Below are positions 25,290 through 27,724 of a DNA stretch of 27,724 bases, in pieces (positions within the stretch are counted from its first letter, which is position 1; every line of letters starts with the position of its first letter). A model generated the notes under the pieces. It saw nothing but the letters and a program-made list of their open reading frames with translations. It had not been told where the DNA came from and searched no databases. The stretch lies in contig JBFWVI010000040.1 of the NCBI GenBank assembly GCA_050246815.1, forward strand, positions 1 to 27,724, written 5' to 3'. Both the position numbers and the translations under genes were made by a program. The stretch comes from Bdellovibrionales bacterium. GTDB lineage: Bacteria > Bdellovibrionota > Bdellovibrionia > Bdellovibrionales > UBA1609.

Positions 25290-26510
25290 CTAAAACGATT
25301 GCTGCGCACGCACCAGCCACGAATCTTTCCCTGCCAAGGCTTCTTTTAAATCGTAATTTAATTCCTGCTGCGGCCACACCCCAGCGCCTTCCAGCGAATC
25401 ACCAGATAGGGTTAAATACAAAGCCTCGGGGATCGACAACGAATAGCCATAACCTAAAAGCGGCAAACCATACCACGTTGCAAGCAAAACATCCCCGGCT
25501 GAAGCGCGGCCCCAGACGCGAGTTTGCGGTCGGACCAACATGGCTTGGGCCAAAATCTCACTGACACTGGCCGTTCCGCCGTCAATCAAAACAGTTACGG
25601 GCATTTTCAAACAGCCGTAGCCGACAAAGGTATTTAAAGGAACCGTGCGAAATTTTTCAAGCAGCGCCAATTGTGCCATTTCATCCAAATTGTCCTCGGG
25701 CGCGGGCCCTTTTTCTTGCGGCCGGCGCGGCTGTGACAAGGACCCCACTGTGGTGGGCTCACAGAAAAAGGGCGACATGGCCCTGAGCATCGCCACCAAA
25801 TTTCCCCCTGAGTTTTCACGCAGATCCAAAATCAGTTTTTTGTATCCTGAAATTTCTTGCACCACTTTTTTCCAATCTTCCGCCTTAAAGTACTCTCCGC
25901 GAAAGCTTGAAATCTGCAGCCAACCCAATTCACCACTCAAACTTCGCACTGTGGGCGCCCGATCGATGCGTAAAACCTTGGGTTCAATGAAAATATAAAG
26001 ATCCTGCGGGCCGCGACGAAAATGAAATTTTCCTGAAGATGCCTGTGCCGACCACGCAGACCTGACGGCTTCCCCATCCACACTCAGCAATTCATCGCCA
26101 GCCCGAACCTCGCTTAAGGCCGCCGGGCTATTTTCAATCACCTCGTGCACCACCACGCGCCCCTCGACTAGGCGCGCCCTGAGGCCGGTGTCGACGGCTT
26201 CGCCTCGCCACAGGCGACGATCTTCGACCGGATCATAAATCATCAGGTGGGAAACCTGAAAATCATCCAGCCCATACTGCACTTCCTGCAAAAAACGATT
26301 GCGGTCCCAACCAAAACCCACCTTTTTCGCGTTTTCGTGACAGCGTTTGATCCACGCATCCAGCTCAGAATCATTACGATAAAATTTTTCTGAAACCAAA
26401 TCGCAAATTTGCTTGAAAACCGCGGCATGGGTGCCCCGACGTGGCACTAAGGACGCCGCCCAGCCCACGCCAATAACTATGAGTAAGGTGAAGATCGTGC
26501 TCAGTCGCAA
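25290..26510 (-). CDS. S41 family peptidase with a PDZ domain
   Basis: N-terminal anchor, PDZ (SPAALSEVRAGDELLSVDG), LILDLRENSGG, TASVSE and LEGAGVWP. Confidence 0.9.
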   Translation of the reverse strand: MRLSTIFTLLIVIGVGWAASLVPRRGTHAAVFKQICDLVSEKFYRNDSELDAWIKRCHENAKKVGFGWDRNRFLQEVQYGLDDFQVSHLMIYDPVEDRRLWRGEAVDTGLRARLVEGRVVVHEVIENSPAALSEVRAGDELLSVDGEAVRSAWSAQASSGKFHFRRGPQDLYIFIEPKVLRIDRAPTVRSLSGELGWLQISSFRGEYFKAEDWKKVVQEISGYKKLILDLRENSGGNLVAMLRAMSPFFCEPTTVGSLSQPRRPQEKGPAPEDNLDEMAQLALLEKFRTVPLNTFVGYGCLKMPVTVLIDGGTASVSEILAQAMLVRPQTRVWGRASAGDVLLATWYGLPLLGYGYSLSIPEALYLTLSGDSLEGAGVWPQQELNYDLKEALAGKDSWLVRAQQSF

Positions 26511-26528
26511 GTTCAGCCTCGAGTCCTT

Positions 26529-26563
26529 AAAAAAGCAAAAGAGCCGGTTTTTAGCCGACTCTT
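26529..26563 (-). terminator. Intrinsic terminator after the Fis-like gene
   Basis: Minus strand GAGTCGG-ctaaaaa-CCGGCTC followed by TTTTGCTTTTTT. Confidence 0.75.
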
Positions 26564-26591
26564 CTGACTATCGCTCAAAAACTGCAGCTTA

Positions 26592-27026
26592 TTAAGCGGC
26601 TTTTTTCTTGCGAGCGTTCGTTGGATCGATGCTGTACTGCTTCACTTTGCGGTACAAAGTGGCCCGGCCTATGCCCAAAGCCTTGGCGGCCTCGGTCAAA
26701 TTGCCGTTGTACTCTGAAATCGCATTTTCGATGGCGAAGCTTTCCAGTTCGTTGATGGTGCGCACTTTTTTATCCGTGCCCATGCCAGCGTTGCCGCCTG
26801 CGGGGAACTGCAAAATTTTAGCGCCCGAATCCACCGGGCTCATGCCAACAGCCAAAGATGGCATGTCCGCACCCAGAGTGTGCCTGAAGGTTTGCTCTTG
26901 CAAGCCCCGGCCCCATTCGTTGGTCGTATAGCACTGCACGGAATATCCCATGCTGGTGCCAAATCCTTTAACTTTCTCTTGATGCTCGCGATTATCACTC
27001 ACGAGAATCAGCATTGGACGTGCCAT
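26592..27026 (-). CDS. Stand-alone Fis-type HTH (HTH_8) protein with a short receiver-like N-terminal remnant and no AAA+ domain
   Basis: ELESFAIENAISEYNGNLTEAAKALGIGRATLYRKVKQY, N-terminal PMLILVSD, ATG 27026 after GGAGG. Confidence 0.85.
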   Translation of the reverse strand: MARPMLILVSDNREHQEKVKGFGTSMGYSVQCYTTNEWGRGLQEQTFRHTLGADMPSLAVGMSPVDSGAKILQFPAGGNAGMGTDKKVRTINELESFAIENAISEYNGNLTEAAKALGIGRATLYRKVKQYSIDPTNARKKKAA

Positions 27027-27326
27027 TCTTAACCTCCAAGAATGAAACAAAGAGAGCCTTCAAGTGGCTCACATTGTCCCTATCGGCGGCCCATCTTGAG
27101 AAAATGAGGAAAATTTTGCCCACCTGGTCTCAATATGACATAAGCCCTTAAAACCATTAATGAAATAGAATGAGACAATCTTTTGCTCAAAACCGCCATG
27201 GGCACCCGACTTGACAAAGATTACAAAACGACCATTTACCCAGTGATTTCAAATTGTAGACGCTATGCATTAATGTTAAAAGTGCCTCCCTCGAATGGGT
27301 CGAACCAAAAAATGGGAGTCACGCGG

Positions 27327-27724
27327 ATGAACGCACGCATTTGGCTACGCGGCTTTTTTGTCACGATCGGTTTAGCGGTACTGACCACGGCCCATGCTGG
27401 TCCAAACTTGCTCGATCAACCGTTGCCGACAGAATTTAACCCCGAACAGTGGCGTGAAATCTACACCGCCGTGGCAAATGAACCCGCGTCCAAGCCTTTA
27501 CAAGTGGTGAATCCCGCGCCCGAGGGATCTGCACAAGCGGCCTTGTTGGCGTACTATCGTCAGCACATCGAACCCCGCCAGTTGGAATATGGGGTTTTAG
27601 GTTCGCAGTATAGTGGCTTGCACCTTTTGCTCGACTCAGGACTCTTTCGCGACGAAGCCGAGAAAAAAGAGATCTCAGCCCGTCTTGCGATTGTGCTCGA
27701 TAAAGCCGCTGAATTTGAAACGAA
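27327..27724 (+). CDS. Hypothetical secreted protein, 3' truncated by the window end
   Basis: Manual translation MNARIWLRGFFVTIGLAVLTTAHA-GPNLLDQPLP... is open to the end. GGGAG RBS and AHA signal peptide. Confidence 0.7.
   Translation, partial: MNARIWLRGFFVTIGLAVLTTAHAGPNLLDQPLPTEFNPEQWREIYTAVANEPASKPLQVVNPAPEGSAQAALLAYYRQHIEPRQLEYGVLGSQYSGLHLLLDSGLFRDEAEKKEISARLAIVLDKAAEFET

Noticed and set aside
2649..26931. Numerous short alternative-frame and antisense ORFs inside lnt, mutS2, putA, the RDD gene, the S41 gene and others
   Set aside because: They are shadow ORFs overlapping well-supported genes, with no motifs or RBS.
27211..27240. sigma70 promoter from TTGACA at 27211
   Set aside because: No convincing -10 box at 16-18 bp spacing, and the word also fits the sigma54-like element.

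Overview
This is a chromosomal window of roughly 50% GC. The gene set and the many short secreted hypothetical proteins suggest a Bdellovibrionota-like predatory bacterium (inference, no database search run). Recognisable genes are a 5'-truncated S8 subtilase, lnt, mutS2, a matrixin-type lipoprotein metalloprotease, an OmpR/PhoB response regulator, hslO, putA, a coupled RDD-TPR plus rhomboid pair, a secreted TPR protein, an S41 protease and a stand-alone Fis-type HTH protein. No rRNA, tRNA, CRISPR array, transposase or reverse transcriptase was found. The stand-out feature is a cassette of about 800 bp (763-1552) between two convergent genes. It holds two divergent four-helix-bundle (Avd/23S-IVS-protein-like) paralogs joined head-to-head by a near-perfect 185-bp palindrome. 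The palindrome covers both RBSs and keeps codons 5-15 identical, while the rest of the two genes has diverged at synonymous sites. Degenerate 7-bp tandem arrays flank the cassette, and related arrays recur at three other gene ends. Other signals are a recurring TGTCTCA-N3-TGAGACA palindrome near sigma54-like promoters and the Fis-like gene, a candidate sigma54-driven structured leader or sRNA, a tandem nuclease-fold-like protein, a long coiled-coil/Hsp20 fusion and a shared R-x-[PLIM]-A-[STG] peptide motif.
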